Shown here: positions 36,853 to 48,724 of the stretch, one piece after another
How positions within the stretch are numbered: position 1 is the stretch's first letter
Layout: every line of letters begins with the position of its first letter
Assembly: GCA_040285855.1 (NCBI GenBank)
Contig: JAUFOQ010000002.1
Span: 3,534,001-3,598,000 of the forward strand
Origin: Eukaryota sp. GEM-RC1
Taxonomy: Eukaryota
Reading direction: 5' to 3'
DNA: 64,000 bases
Translations under genes and position numbers: made by a program
Notes under the pieces: model-generated
Seen by the model: the letters and a program-made list of their open reading frames with translations, nothing else
Database searches by the model: none
What the model was told of the DNA's origin: nothing

Positions 36853-37647
36853 TCACTGAATACAACAATCATGAGCTTTACCTAGTTTTACAACTGAATT
36901 TCCATTAACAACAAATAATTGAGATAGTTTCCTTAGTGGTTTTAAATGTCGGACAGTTAATTTCGTTTGTCCAATGTCTAGCTTAGTTAATGATAAACAT
37001 CCAGACAGTGGTGAAACATCAACAACTGATGTTTTAGAAATTGAAATATTCTTCAAATTTTCAAGTCTTGAGAGAGGACTTAGATCTGTAATACACGTGG
37101 ATCCTGCGTGCAAAAGTTCTAGCTTGGACAAAGACTCTAAAGGTTGTAAGGAATCAACAGGACATCCGCATATGTACAAAGACCGTAGATTTGAAGAAGA
37201 AACCAAAGGAGTGAGATCAGAAACAGCTGTTCTCCTTATGTCAAGATATTCAAGGAATGAGACATGTTGAAGAGCAGTGATGTCTGTAATGCTGGTAAAG
37301 GACAGATCCAAATAACAGAGCTTAGATAGTGACGATAATGCTGAAATGTCAGAGAAAGTATTGAAAGAGAGATGGAGTTTTTCCAGATTAATAGCGAAGC
37401 GGAGACATGAAATATCATGGGCTACACCAACACCGTTTGGAAACCCTTCACATCGAAACTGACGAAGCTTTTCAAGATGGAAATTAGTAACAAGTTCTTC
37501 AGTAGGAAGATTGAATCTGTTGTGCAACATATCATCTAGATACTCATCGATCTCAACAAGTTGTTCACCAGTCATGATGCAAAAGTCACAAGAACTACCT
37601 GTATAAAAGTGATTGAACAACAATTGATTAACTTCTTCTTCGAACAC
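36853..37647 (-). CDS. Leucine-rich-repeat protein (internalin-like 22-aa LRRs)
   Basis: Repeated LxxLxLSxTxIxDIxxL units. Start codon uncertain. Confidence 0.8.
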   Translation of the reverse strand: MFEEEVNQLLFNHFYTGSSCDFCIMTGEQLVEIDEYLDDMLHNRFNLPTEELVTNFHLEKLRQFRCEGFPNGVGVAHDISCLRFAINLEKLHLSFNTFSDISALSSLSKLCYLDLSFTSITDITALQHVSFLEYLDIRRTAVSDLTPLVSSSNLRSLYICGCPVDSLQPLESLSKLELLHAGSTCITDLSPLSRLENLKNISISKTSVVDVSPLSGCLSLTKLDIGQTKLTVRHLKPLRKLSQLFVVNGNSVVKLGKAHDCCIQ

Positions 37648-37741
37648 ATCATACCATATGGAGATACCCTGGACTGTAGATTTAAACTACAGTCACTGTT
37701 AAGAATGCTCAAGCAGTTCCTGCGTTAGTTTTCTTTGTGAT

Positions 37742-38599
37742 ATGTCTTATTCTAGCTTGACCACACACGATGACGATCTTCTCCCGAAGTTCGACAATGT
37801 TCTCTCAGTTTCAGCTGTCACTTTAGGTATCAAAAAGATTCTGACCTGGGTTGTCATTATCTTCGTTCTGTTCTGGATCTGTGGTAAGTTCCTTGCTCCC
37901 TCCGATTGGACTTCGTATGAACAATCCACCCTCAAGTTCTGTGAACCTGATAACAAACATGATTTCATCAGAGATTGTTCAGTATGGACCTTGATCATCT
38001 TTGCTTTCATCATTTTGTTCCTTATCTGGAAGCTTTGCCACTTCACAAACAAAAATGTTGCTCATCATTTGGAAACATTCAACTGGTTGTTCATCTGCTT
38101 TGCCTTGGTTATCCTATTCATTGGTTGGTGGATATTGAAAGCTACTAGAACTCTGGTTGGTGAACAACTGTCTGATTTGGGTTCTGTGCTCACTTCTCTA
38201 TGGTTTGCCTACTACTCGGTCAACAGAGTGTTAATGCATAAGAAGAATGGTGCTGAGAACGGAGGTGCCTTGTATCCCGTCTTTTGGTGCATTGTTGTCA
38301 TTGTTTTCATCTTCTTCGTGTTGAAGATCAAGGCTTGGTGGTTGATTGTCATTGTGATCTTCGTGTTCATTATCATTTCTGTTTGCTGTGAGACATATCT
38401 GCAAATGGAGAAGAATGGTGGATTCAAGCTGTTCAATATCATTTGCATCATCTTGTTCTTTGCTTTTGTATTCTGGTTACTTGGACAATTCATCTGTATT
38501 CCCAATTCTTGTCTTCAGTTCAATCTTTTGTGGAAGATTTGCATCATTATTGTCATTTTCTTTGTGTGCAAGTTGTTCAAGGAGAACCCTGTTGTCTAA
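37742..38599 (+). CDS. Multi-pass (about 7-8 TM) CREST/alkaline-ceramidase-like protein
   Basis: N-terminal KFCEP...FIR motif and 7TM layout. Metal-binding His positions appear substituted. Confidence 0.55.
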   Translation: MSYSSLTTHDDDLLPKFDNVLSVSAVTLGIKKILTWVVIIFVLFWICGKFLAPSDWTSYEQSTLKFCEPDNKHDFIRDCSVWTLIIFAFIILFLIWKLCHFTNKNVAHHLETFNWLFICFALVILFIGWWILKATRTLVGEQLSDLGSVLTSLWFAYYSVNRVLMHKKNGAENGGALYPVFWCIVVIVFIFFVLKIKAWWLIVIVIFVFIIISVCCETYLQMEKNGGFKLFNIICIILFFAFVFWLLGQFICIPNSCLQFNLLWKICIIIVIFFVCKLFKENPVV

Positions 38600-38899
38600 A
38601 TAGCGGTTGTCAATAAAGTGTTTGTGTGAAATGGATTGTGAAAACATAAAATGTAATTCCTTATAATATGTAAATTAATTTTGTAGTATTGTGATGCGAT
38701 TTTGATTCACTTTGGAGTGGTTTAATTTTGATTCGAAAAGTTTTAAAAAATAATGTAATATTAGTTCACACAACGATTTTGTATCAGTGTCATACAGTTA
38801 TTGAACTAGGATACAGTGATCTGTCTACAAATGTTCTAAATATGTAACAGAATTGGAGTGGCTGTCATCAGAATTCCATCCTGAAGAGTCGGTATCGTA

Positions 38900-41800
38900 A
38901 TTGACATGAATGGAAGTCAAAAACAACCTGTACAAAATTAAAATATTACAGTTTCAGTTTCGTTGAAAAAATACACAAATTATATATTACAAGGGTACTA
39001 AAAGGACCCAGAAAGAACTCTACAAAACAGAAATCTCTCGCTACTGTAAACTGGCCACGTATTCTCGAATCACTTTGACTTGAGAAATGATATCGTCACC
39101 CAACATATGTAAAAATTCAACAGTTGTCAATTCTTCTTCATGTAAAGTTGATAACGTCTGTCTAAATACTGAAAAATAGAAAAAGAAATTACAACAACAA
39201 AGATAAGGAAAACAATCAACATCCAATTGGTAAATGATCCAACAACTTCACTAAAATCAGATTTTAAATATTCTAAAGATTGCAAATTCAATTCATAGCA
39301 CGTAGAACTGGAAGTCAAAATTTCATCAATAATTGAATTGTATGGAACATTTTGGTTCAAAAAAACCCAGAAACATAACGATTAGTTAATGAAACGAATC
39401 CAGTTATTGCTGCATGAAGACCATGATTAGTCTCGACAACTGCCAAACTCGTGGTATCGTCATTGTAATTGGTTTGAAATAACAATGAGAGGGAGAGCTC
39501 CATGGACGTCAGCAGCCAACAGAATTTGATTGTGCAGTTGACTCAATTTTAAAACAGATCTTTCCGCTTCAATTCTGTGCAATTCACTTTCAAAGCCACT
39601 AATACTAGACCTCACAATATCAGAAGTAATTGATTTAACCAAAGCACCCCGTCTTGAGGGTAGAGAAGACAGATTTGGGTAGTTAGAAAGTAAGTTGGTA
39701 GATAAAAAGGATAATAGTAGAAACATTGAAAGAATTAATAGCAATACAATAAGAGATAGAATGTAATGCTTCGTATACTTTTCAACTAGAGCGACCTTTA
39801 GCTTTTGTTTTACGTGTGACTTTTTCTTCTCTTTTTGGGGTCGCAGAGGTTGAAAAAAGAACAGAAATGACGATGATTAAGCCAATCAGAGCAACTAAAA
39901 TGAGTGCAATTAGTTTAAAACTTTCCTGAATTGCTGTAAAATCAATGTGAATTATCCCATAGATTTCATCAAACGAATCATCTCTCATTTTTTCAATCAA
40001 ATTGCCGATATCAATTGACATTTGATCAAATTGTCTACTTGAAGTAATTGCCATAGATAGATTAAATTTCAGCTCACAATCTCCTTGTAAATCCTCCTCT
40101 TCATTTGTAAGAAAATATGGCCGATCAAGCTCAGTTGAATCTGGATCTTCAGCAACATTCCAAGTAACATTCTCAAGTCCAAACCCTGGATAAACTCCAT
40201 GGTTTAAAGCATAAAGGCCAAGCTTTGTTGAGACTGAACCCCAGTAGAGGTAGCTTGTCCAAATCTCCCTGATTGAATCAACAATAGGTAAAAGTAATTC
40301 ACAAACAGACTTAAACTCAGTATTTTCACATATTGAGTCTTGGCTAAGTTCAGTCAGAATGGATTCGAATTCAGTAATTCTAGAAAACAAGATACTGGTA
40401 TGGAAGAAATTTACTGAAACTTGAACTATTTGAAATATCTTCTAATGGTATTGAAAGCATATTGAGCGCTCACAATAGGATCATAAACTTCAAGGATCAT
40501 AAACATTGACATCCTGATTGAGTTTACTAGCGAGAGGAATGTTTTGAATAGAAAAAAGATTGAAATAACAAGTAATGAAAAGGTGACAATGAAACAGATC
40601 GCAATAAAAACTCGACAGAATCTTAATTTTGAATACGATTTCCAAAAACAAAAGGAAATAGATCAAACATAGAGTAGCAATAATTGCAATAGCAAACACA
40701 ACCATAATTGTTGATAACAATAACAGTGTGATAACATGTGTTTGTGATAACATGTTATAACAAACATGAAGAATCTTGTGATAACATTGGGTCTTTATAT
40801 GGTAAAGTTTTACAAAATAAACTACAACCAAAAAAAGGGTTTGTAGAGGTATTGGTATCTCCTTTGTTAATATTGGTGATGATCTTTATTTGTAATTGTA
40901 AATAATTTACCAACAAACGGTATTCGTGTAGGATCACTTGTTTACTATCGGAACTGTAGTTTTCAGTTAACTCAAAATCATCTTCCACAACTGAAGAAGA
41001 CTGGCCACCAAACAACACAAACAATATTACCTAATGATCAAAATAATCATTTGAAATCCGTCTTGAAGGGTATTCCTCAAAAAACCCCAAAAAAGTGAAG
41101 GAGAAGACAGAACCCGAAGACGAATCTGACTATTTGAAGAGATTGACGCTGAATAGACAATTGATCACAAGTAGACCGTGTGCGCAGAACACGTGAGGAT
41201 AACTGAGTACGGGCTTCAGTGACCACCCTCTGATGATTTACTAAAGGTACAGTAGTTTTGTTTTTGTGTGTAGTTTTTGGTGAATTTCTAAAAAAGTGCT
41301 TGATAGCAGTGTAGGTATTTCATAAACGGTAAATCACAAATCTTCTTTGTTATAACATGTGATAGTAAGTTATCACATTTTGTTTTTGTGATTATGGGAT
41401 AACGTGTGATCACAAATGGTAGTTGGTTGTTATCAACAAGCATGAACACAACAATAGTAAACTCAATAATGAACTGATCTGTAAGAGAAAGAACGTTTTC
41501 CAGTCGTTGATTGGCGATTATTTGAGCAGAATGATCAATAGCAATCATGAGCTGTTCAAAAACTCCAAGTCTTCGAGAGTCAACGACCAAATTTCGACCA
41601 ATTATGACCCTTTCCATTTGAGAAAGTCGTTCTGTGTCACGTTCTGGAGTGGAATACCAGTAATCAATATGAGGGTGCTCCAATTGAGTTCGGAAGAAAT
41701 TAGTTTCAAGAGAAGAATCGTAATCAAAGCTAACAAAATCACTGAAATACTCATGAAGGTCAAATACAGATTTAACTAATTCAAAAATGATACGTTCAAC

Positions 41801-42305
41801 ATAACGAATTTCATTTAAAAAAGTTGATTGTTCAGCGATTGCGGATAATTCTTCTGTCGTTAAATCCAGAGAATTGATTTGCATCAGAAATTCATTCCGT
41901 TGACCACTATTGACTAAATCAAAGTACTTTTTTAAATAATATTGATCGCCAAAAGTTAAAAAAAAGTTGTAAGTCTGAACTTGAGATTCTATCAATGTTA
42001 GTCATCCCTGAAGCTGCATGACGAACTTCAAAAGCTAACAAGTATTCTGCATCTGAAGAAATGTCAGTTTCAATAGAGGTAAGGAAAAATCCAGTGAATA
42101 AAAGCCCTCCAACGATAAACAAGACAACCACGCACGTCAATCGAATTTTGATTGAAATCAACTTGTTTTGATCAGATTCTTCATCAATTACTTCCATGGT
42201 AACACAATCTTTACTTCCATGTGTATTGATTTCAAAGGGAGATTCTGTTTGAGAGTCTGAAGATTCATCATCTGATTGCACTTCAACTACGTCTAGATTG
42301 GACAA
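38900..42305 (-). pseudogene. Large multi-TM protein gene broken into many ORFs (pseudogene or error-rich assembly)
   Basis: Same-strand ORFs 41919-42305, 41288-41995, 40755-41024, 40490-40831, 39782-40390, 39460-39744 and 39127-39360 abut or overlap, alternating TM and helical segments. No domain recognised. Confidence 0.5.
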
Positions 42306-42794
42306 TCCACTTCTTTTCTTTATCTTCTTTAGAGATCAGGGTAATAACTTATTATACATTTTATAAATAAATAACAATTTTATTATTCATAATCTAATTA
42401 AATTTCAGACTCCTTGAAGTTGTGATTCGTGTATCACAAAGTGTGATTGTGGTTTGTGTGATCACAATCACACTTTTGGAAAAAACTCGTGTGGTTGCCA
42501 ACTATGATTAGAAGGATCTTTGTTCACTTTGTTTTTACATTGAACACGAGTAGCAGTTGTTGTCAGAGCGAGAGATGGTTGTACTACTGTTAATGAGAAC
42601 GGACTATCCCAGATTGCCAGGGGGAGAGAAGCGTGGAGGAATTAGAAAGAGTTCTACTTCCTTTTAAGATGAGTGATGGCTTCTTGAGTTTTCAGTTCAA
42701 GATCAAATTAAAAAATTAGTCTGAATTCATAATTAGTCTGAATAGTCCTTACAGATAAGACATATGAAAAACAAGAAGTAATAGAAATGTACAC

Positions 42795-42933
42795 AGAGTT
42801 TATTTGAATTATAGTCTCACTGACACAATTTAAAGGTCAATTTTAGAATTAGTCTCACTGAGACTAAATTGCTGATGAGACTAAATTGCTGATGAGAGTA
42901 ATTAGCTGATGAGAGTAATTAGACAAACCAGTG
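42795..42933. mobile_element. Solo end of the CACTGG/TA MITE family
   Basis: Reverse complement of 34663-34770, ending ...AGACAAACCAGTG|TA. Confidence 0.7.
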
Positions 42934-43492
42934 TAGTCTTATGTACTGTATTTGTTTTCTGTATTTTTTGATACCAATTTAATTTTAACTTACCAATGTT
43001 GAAACAGGAAGCCAAAACAACACACCTTTTCAACGTAAAAACAGAATGACGACGACAAAGGAGATCAGTTTGTCCGAATGTTTTGAATCCGTTGAAGTTC
43101 AAGCAGTGTTTGAGCGCAGGTAGTGGTACTTTCTGTTCGTGTTTTAACAACGGAAAGTTAAAAGATGGACACAATCTCTCTTTGTCTCTCACTTTGACAG
43201 TCACAGATGTCTTTTGGACATGTGAAAATCAAATATCAAAGCAAGTATTAAATTGAAAAGGCAATTACGTTCGTGATTGTTGTTTAATAATTGTTCAATG
43301 ATTTTTGTCTTGTCTCACAGCGTGTATGTTAATAAATTGACAAATGCTGTTTTCCAACTTAGATTAAATACATGTTGAGGATAGATTTGGTTTTAGTGTT
43401 TTATTCAAAACTTTGTCACTTGGTAATCACAAATCACACTGTGATATGTGATTGCCAACTATGCTCTCACTGTTTACTGTACATGTATTTGT

Positions 43493-45202
43493 TTATCGTC
43501 TTCGTTGACTCTCTAAGATTGCATCTAATTCATTAAACATCTCTACCCACAGCCCAAACTCCCATACTTCCTCTGGAACTCCTGGCTCCAAAAGAGGTAA
43601 GTAATCGTCACCCAAATGAGAAAACTTCGTAAATATCAACATTCTAAAGAACATACACCGCAGTACCAACACGCGCACCGTATCATCTTCTAAAAACTGC
43701 AACAACCACGGATGAACATCAGAATTACAACAAATCTGTCTACACACATCTCCAAGAAACGCGCTAATCTGACCATCAACCTCAGCAACTACAGTACTAG
43801 CTACGTGACTAACATCATTAAGAGCTAAGAAACCCAGAGCAGGACAATGTAAAAACAAAGTAAATAAAGATCCTTCTAATGGAATAAAAGTAGACAACGA
43901 AGGAGTGCTCTTTGGAGCTAATAATAAAAGTACATGTGAATTAAATGGAGAGTTAAGCTGAGAGAAAGCTCTACTACCACACGAGTCAATTACTAATACA
44001 ATATTTCTTCTTAAAAACGGGGTAAAGTCGTCCTTATAGAGAATATCAGGATCCTTGCCTGTTTCAGTAATCCTAACCTTATCATTACTCATCAATAATC
44101 CCTCCTCGCCAGTCACGTCATCAACAGTACCATCAGCTGATACATAGACAAGAAGAACATCAACGGAGGATAGCTCTGTGCAACTGCTGGCTAGTGATTG
44201 GAGCAATGACGTGACAGAGGGTCGGTATAACAGGTACTTGGCCGTGGAGAAAGAGAAGTCCTTTGTTAGAACGTCAACGTCTTCTACTGTTTCATGGGAA
44301 TGTGAGTGTTCTAGAGCTACTGTCATTCTGTACATGTCTAGAGTTAGTTCTGAGAATCGTGGTTGAGAAGTCTTGTTGCCGGCAATGATGATGTCTGATA
44401 CTTTGAGACCGATTCGTTGGACAAGAGGCTGTGGACCAAGGATTTTGGAGATACTCATTGGTACAACTGGGGTTGGCATTGGAGGAGAATCGTGGACGGA
44501 AGGAGAGAAGTTGTTAACAAGAGAAGGACGCCGGGAGACAGAGGAACGCCAGGGAGAAGAGTCAGAAATCCAGTGAGACGTGATCCGAGTATCAACAAGG
44601 GGAGGAACGGAAGAGAAGGATGATGACGGTTGGGTGTCAGTGATGGTAATGAAGTGGACGGCGTCGACGAACAGAGAGATTTCAGAGAGGAGGGAGGTCC
44701 ATTCAGTGATATCGGCAGGGTTGAATTGGTTTAGGTAGGAATGTACAAGGTCGTTGAGTTCCTGTTGCAGATTGACTAGGACTGGTTTGGGAGTGTTGCG
44801 TAGAATACAGGTCACAATGAAGCGAGCGTAGAAGCGTAGGGATTTAACAACAGGGAGTGGATCGTTGAGTTCTAAAACTGAACCAAAATACTGTCTTGAA
44901 CGGATTGCGTCATAAAATTGAGAGCATTGTTGCAGATAGATGAATTCAGATGTGCGTAGATAGAAATGATAATACAGTTGCGCAATTTTGCTGGCAATGT
45001 CTCCGATGAGGACTCTATCAAGACAACCAGAAGCCATGAGGGATTGACGTTCATTTTGTTGCAGTTTCCATAGTTTTCGTAAAACAGAGAAACATTTACA
45101 AAAATGACCAACCCAATGTTTACGCCCAAAGCGGGGAACATCACGTAAAGAAGCAAAAAGCTGTTGGCTGTGCTCCCAAAGTGCGACAAATTCCTTATGC
45201 AT
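43493..45202 (-). CDS. SCAI: SCAI (DUF3550) family protein
   Basis: LRDVPRFG...KLWKLQQ...IGDIASKIAQLYYHFYLRTSE...FYDAIRSRQYF, LRFYARFIV, KYLLYRPS, GSLFTLFL. Confidence 0.9.
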   Translation of the reverse strand: MHKEFVALWEHSQQLFASLRDVPRFGRKHWVGHFCKCFSVLRKLWKLQQNERQSLMASGCLDRVLIGDIASKIAQLYYHFYLRTSEFIYLQQCSQFYDAIRSRQYFGSVLELNDPLPVVKSLRFYARFIVTCILRNTPKPVLVNLQQELNDLVHSYLNQFNPADITEWTSLLSEISLFVDAVHFITITDTQPSSSFSSVPPLVDTRITSHWISDSSPWRSSVSRRPSLVNNFSPSVHDSPPMPTPVVPMSISKILGPQPLVQRIGLKVSDIIIAGNKTSQPRFSELTLDMYRMTVALEHSHSHETVEDVDVLTKDFSFSTAKYLLYRPSVTSLLQSLASSCTELSSVDVLLVYVSADGTVDDVTGEEGLLMSNDKVRITETGKDPDILYKDDFTPFLRRNIVLVIDSCGSRAFSQLNSPFNSHVLLLLAPKSTPSLSTFIPLEGSLFTLFLHCPALGFLALNDVSHVASTVVAEVDGQISAFLGDVCRQICCNSDVHPWLLQFLEDDTVRVLVLRCMFFRMLIFTKFSHLGDDYLPLLEPGVPEEVWEFGLWVEMFNELDAILESQRRR

Positions 45203-45415
45203 TATAAGTTAAGGTGTGTGAAGAAGTTCTGGATCGAATTTTGGGTTTTTGCTATTCTTAGAGATTCTTAGAGATGACATCCCTAAAACATTTCCTCTTA
45301 ATCTAGTGATATTGATGCATCTGCCAATTTCACTGTGTATATTAACAATTAATTCAAAAGAATTTTCCCTAAAACGACTGTTAAATTAAATTAAAGAAAC
45401 TAATAAAAACTACTA

Positions 45416-45482
45416 CAGTCAACCCTGTCTATAGCGTCACTATATGTCCTTACGCTATATCCAGTTTTACGCTATATCCAAT
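45416..45482 (+). mobile_element. Candidate left end of a pogo/Tc1-type element upstream of Fanzor
   Basis: TA|CAGTCAACCCTGTCTATAGCG followed by two TTACGCTATATCCA subterminal repeats. No clean matching right TIR was seen. Confidence 0.5.
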
Positions 45483-46523
45483 AAACACCCTGTGCAATTC
45501 TACAAATTGAATTGAGTCTTTATATACAAAGCAAATGAAGAGAACTAGGGGTGGGCCATTCGTTCATTGCCAAAGTAGATGTAACAACCATGTCAATGAT
45601 GAGATCAGTGGTCAACACCAAAATGTGGTGATGTCAAATTTTGACCAATGAAATTGAACGAAGAGTTCAACTGAAGACATTCACGTGCTGTATCTTCACA
45701 TAAACCATATTTGTATATGGGAGGAAGGATGAATGATCATGTCTTCACATCATGATCTATGTTCGATCCACCCATCCTCTACCGTCTTCTTCTGCATGTA
45801 GGTGGGATACCTATGTCACATAGTACACATTTTATCATTTCTGCGCTGGTATTTGTTCTTACAACACGATGAACTCTTCGTCTTCGTATCTTAAGGTTAT
45901 AGTATTGGTTTAGCAGAGAGGTGATGGCGATACAAGAGAAGAAGTCTTTCAAGTCTGAGAGGTGATAAATCTAAACACCTTCGTTTTGAGAATGGTGCGC
46001 CTTCGACGTTATATCTTTACTCTGTTGACTCTATTCACAAGAGATGTTCTTAGTGCCTTCTTCCTCCAGCAAAACGTCTCTACTGAAGTCGTCGTCCGTT
46101 TTATCACTGTTAGTGATGTCAGGAATTTCAGGATGTTGAGAAAGAGATTCATGAATGTAAAGTAGGAGAGAAACGCCACCATGGAATCATCCCACAGAAT
46201 CAAAAAAGTCAAGGGGAGAAAGTCAGTCAGTCCCAAATTCCACTAGCAGGGATTGTATACTGCAGCTACCATATACAAAGACGGTGCTAAGTCAAAGTTT
46301 GAATTAAGATGATTAAGATGACCCATCGTAAATCTTATTCATTCATCTAGCGAGACCATTGGGATCATACAAACAATTCTGAGAACAACCACTCAAGAAC
46401 CTCTAGTCTACTGTACTTATTTACCAAAAGATTCTAATCATTGATGTAAAATATTTTTCTGAAAGTAACGAACCTGTAGTTGAAATCCAATAAAATCCAC
46501 AATATTTCATAAATTTCTTGAAC

Positions 46524-48322
46524 ATGACTACCACGACCTCCACGGTGACGTGTTCACTTGCCAAATTTTTTGACCCGCCAGCTCGGACAGTGATGAACAG
46601 GCAATTTCGGTACCTTCGAGACGTTGCTGTTCACTCAACTTTACTGGCCCGGGTGTTTGTGCTCCAGCACCCCCACTTAGCACGCTGGTTGACTGACCAG
46701 CGTTTCTGGTACCAGTGCTTTGGGTTCGTTGCTCACTCTGAGCCGAAAGTAAACCGCCCCTTTGAGAACGACAATGGAGTGTACACTGCACTGCATCTGT
46801 CATCAAGTCTTCCACCAGTATCCATTTGGCCGTTCCCTCCTCTTGGCCGACACAAACCGACACGCTGGTGTTACTCACAACTCTTGAGTGATAGGTCACG
46901 ACAGTTGTCTGAAGCTTTTCAACAACTGATGGCCGATGGTCCAGTCAGTTGGAAGCTGAACTTCTTCCGGACCGCTGCTGTATTCCTCGACTGCCCGACC
47001 CCTAAGGGATACGCTTCTGCTGTCGTACGTGGTGCTCAACCTGGAGCATCACTGCAGCAATGGTGGAATGCTCATCACCAGCAAACTCTGGCCACCTTTA
47101 ATCACTTAGTCGGGGATGTTGTCCTGTTCAATAATCTTTTGACAGAACGGTCTGTTGCCCTCAATGAAACGAACACCTCATTTCTGTTCACAGCTGGATT
47201 GAACCTGTTGTCTGCTCTCGAGGATGCTGCTCCAGATTGTATGCGCCGCCATGCTCTAGTTCCAATGGCCAGCTATGCTCCAGTGTTTGTATCATTCTCT
47301 CAGGAAGTGGAGAGACACTTCACAGAGTTCAACTTCTCAAGGACTCTCAAAAGTAACCCACTGAAAACGTTTAGAAAACGCCCCCGTTTCCAGACTTACA
47401 CCCTGGCCTCTGATGGTGTAAGTTTGAGGATAATTTTTCCACAAAGCCGAAAAAAACAAGGAACCGCCCTACCAAGGAGCAGTTTGAGTCAAGGAGGGCC
47501 AGTGGCTCCGAAGACTTCAAGGTTAAGTCTCGAAAGAGAAAGTGTAACCTACAGAAGAAAGTTGCTCCGTCACGATGACGTGCGAGAACAGCTGATTTCG
47601 AACCTCCTCCTGATGAAGATTGGTTATGGTGTGCAATTGATCCCAACCACAGTAACCTATGTGGTTGGTCTATTGGAACCAACACTGACTATTTATTGGA
47701 CTCTGGAATTACACTGGCACCAAAAGCCAAGGCTATCAATACTGTTATGTTTGGTGCTTTGAGCAACTCTACGTCGAACACCTATTCCGTTCAGAACATG
47801 TACATGTATCTGCTCGAGATATCGACCACTATTGTTGATCAAAATATGAGTAAGAACAGTCTAGAACGGTGTTTATTAAATGGGAACAGGCCCAACCTAC
47901 GGAGAAACAAGTTCGATTTCTTCATAAGAAAACAGAAACGATTTGATTTATTTGCTCAAAATTTGAAAAATATGGCACAAGGAAGCCAAATCAGAGTTTG
48001 GTTTGGAACAGGAGGTGCTAGCCCATCTAGGCAGCAAGTGAAGTCTCCAAGAAAGGGATTCCTTCAATATCTCAAAAGATTCTTTCCCGTTATTATGGGC
48101 GATGAATACTTCACTTCCGCAAAAACTAACTGCTGTAAAGTGAGGCATCAGTTGATATATCATGAAGTAGATGGAGTAAGAAGAGTGATTCACGCCATAT
48201 TTCGATGTCCAACATGTACTCAGGTTTGGTCAAGAGATATTTCCGCCTCCAGAAATCAACTTGAGATCGCTATAGAGGGTTACTTATTTGGAACTAGGCC
48301 TGAAGCTTTCCAACGTACTTAA
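46524..48322 (+). CDS. Fanzor1 (eukaryotic TnpB-like RNA-guided nuclease), one -1 frameshift near 47580-47590
   Basis: N-terminal TVTCSLAKF, LASDGVSL. The second frame has RuvC-I CAIDPNHSN (Asp 47639), VWFGTG...SPRKG, RuvC-II GDEYFTS (Glu 48104), Zn ligands TNCC...CPTC, and RuvC-III WSRDISASRN (Asp 48236). Confidence 0.88.
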
Positions 48323-48457
48323 TTATCTATGTATTGGCCGATGAAATTCAAGTTACCTTGAATGGAGGCCGTAATGTGGTGCTTCGGCAGAAAAGGGGTG
48401 TATATGAAGAAGCTTTCTTTGAAAGTGTAAAGTATGCATTTCTTGGAAAATCCACAG
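48323..48457 (+). ncRNA. Candidate Fanzor omegaRNA scaffold / element right end
   Basis: Directly 3' of the Fanzor stop. Perfect hairpin ATTCAAG-TTAC-CTTGAAT (48346-48363) inside GGCC/GGCC, a C(UUCG)G hairpin TGCTTCGGCA (48380-48389), and an end AAATCCACAG|TA that recurs at 51245-51255. Confidence 0.55.
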
Positions 48458-48724
48458 TAGTCTAGTTCAAGTTGTTTTTCCTCTCAATTCTCTTCTGCAA
48501 AATGTTCAAACTATTAGCTCAAAAAATGTGACATTGTATAAAAACTTGTATAAAAATCATAAAATATAATTCATGACCTTCTAGAAACATTAAATTTCTG
48601 TGCAATCAACTAGAGTATGTGTTTTTGACACTATAAAACTTCGTTATCTGAAAGGATTTGATATTATAGTGATCCCAATACTAAACTGACACAAACATCT
48701 ATTTATCTGTACAATATAGATGGA

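Noticed and set aside
42420..43463. Two TTGCCAACTATG hAT-like ends (42495, 43452) with GTGAT repeats
   Set aside because: They are in the same orientation with no paired TIR or TSD, so no element could be delimited.
45500..46500. Transposase gene upstream of Fanzor A
   Set aside because: All frames examined are interrupted and no DDE motif could be recognised.
48268..48285. CGCTATAGAGGGTTACT resembling the reverse complement of the 45416 TIR
   Set aside because: It needs several gaps, lies inside Fanzor coding sequence and has no TA-flanked CTG end. Probably chance.
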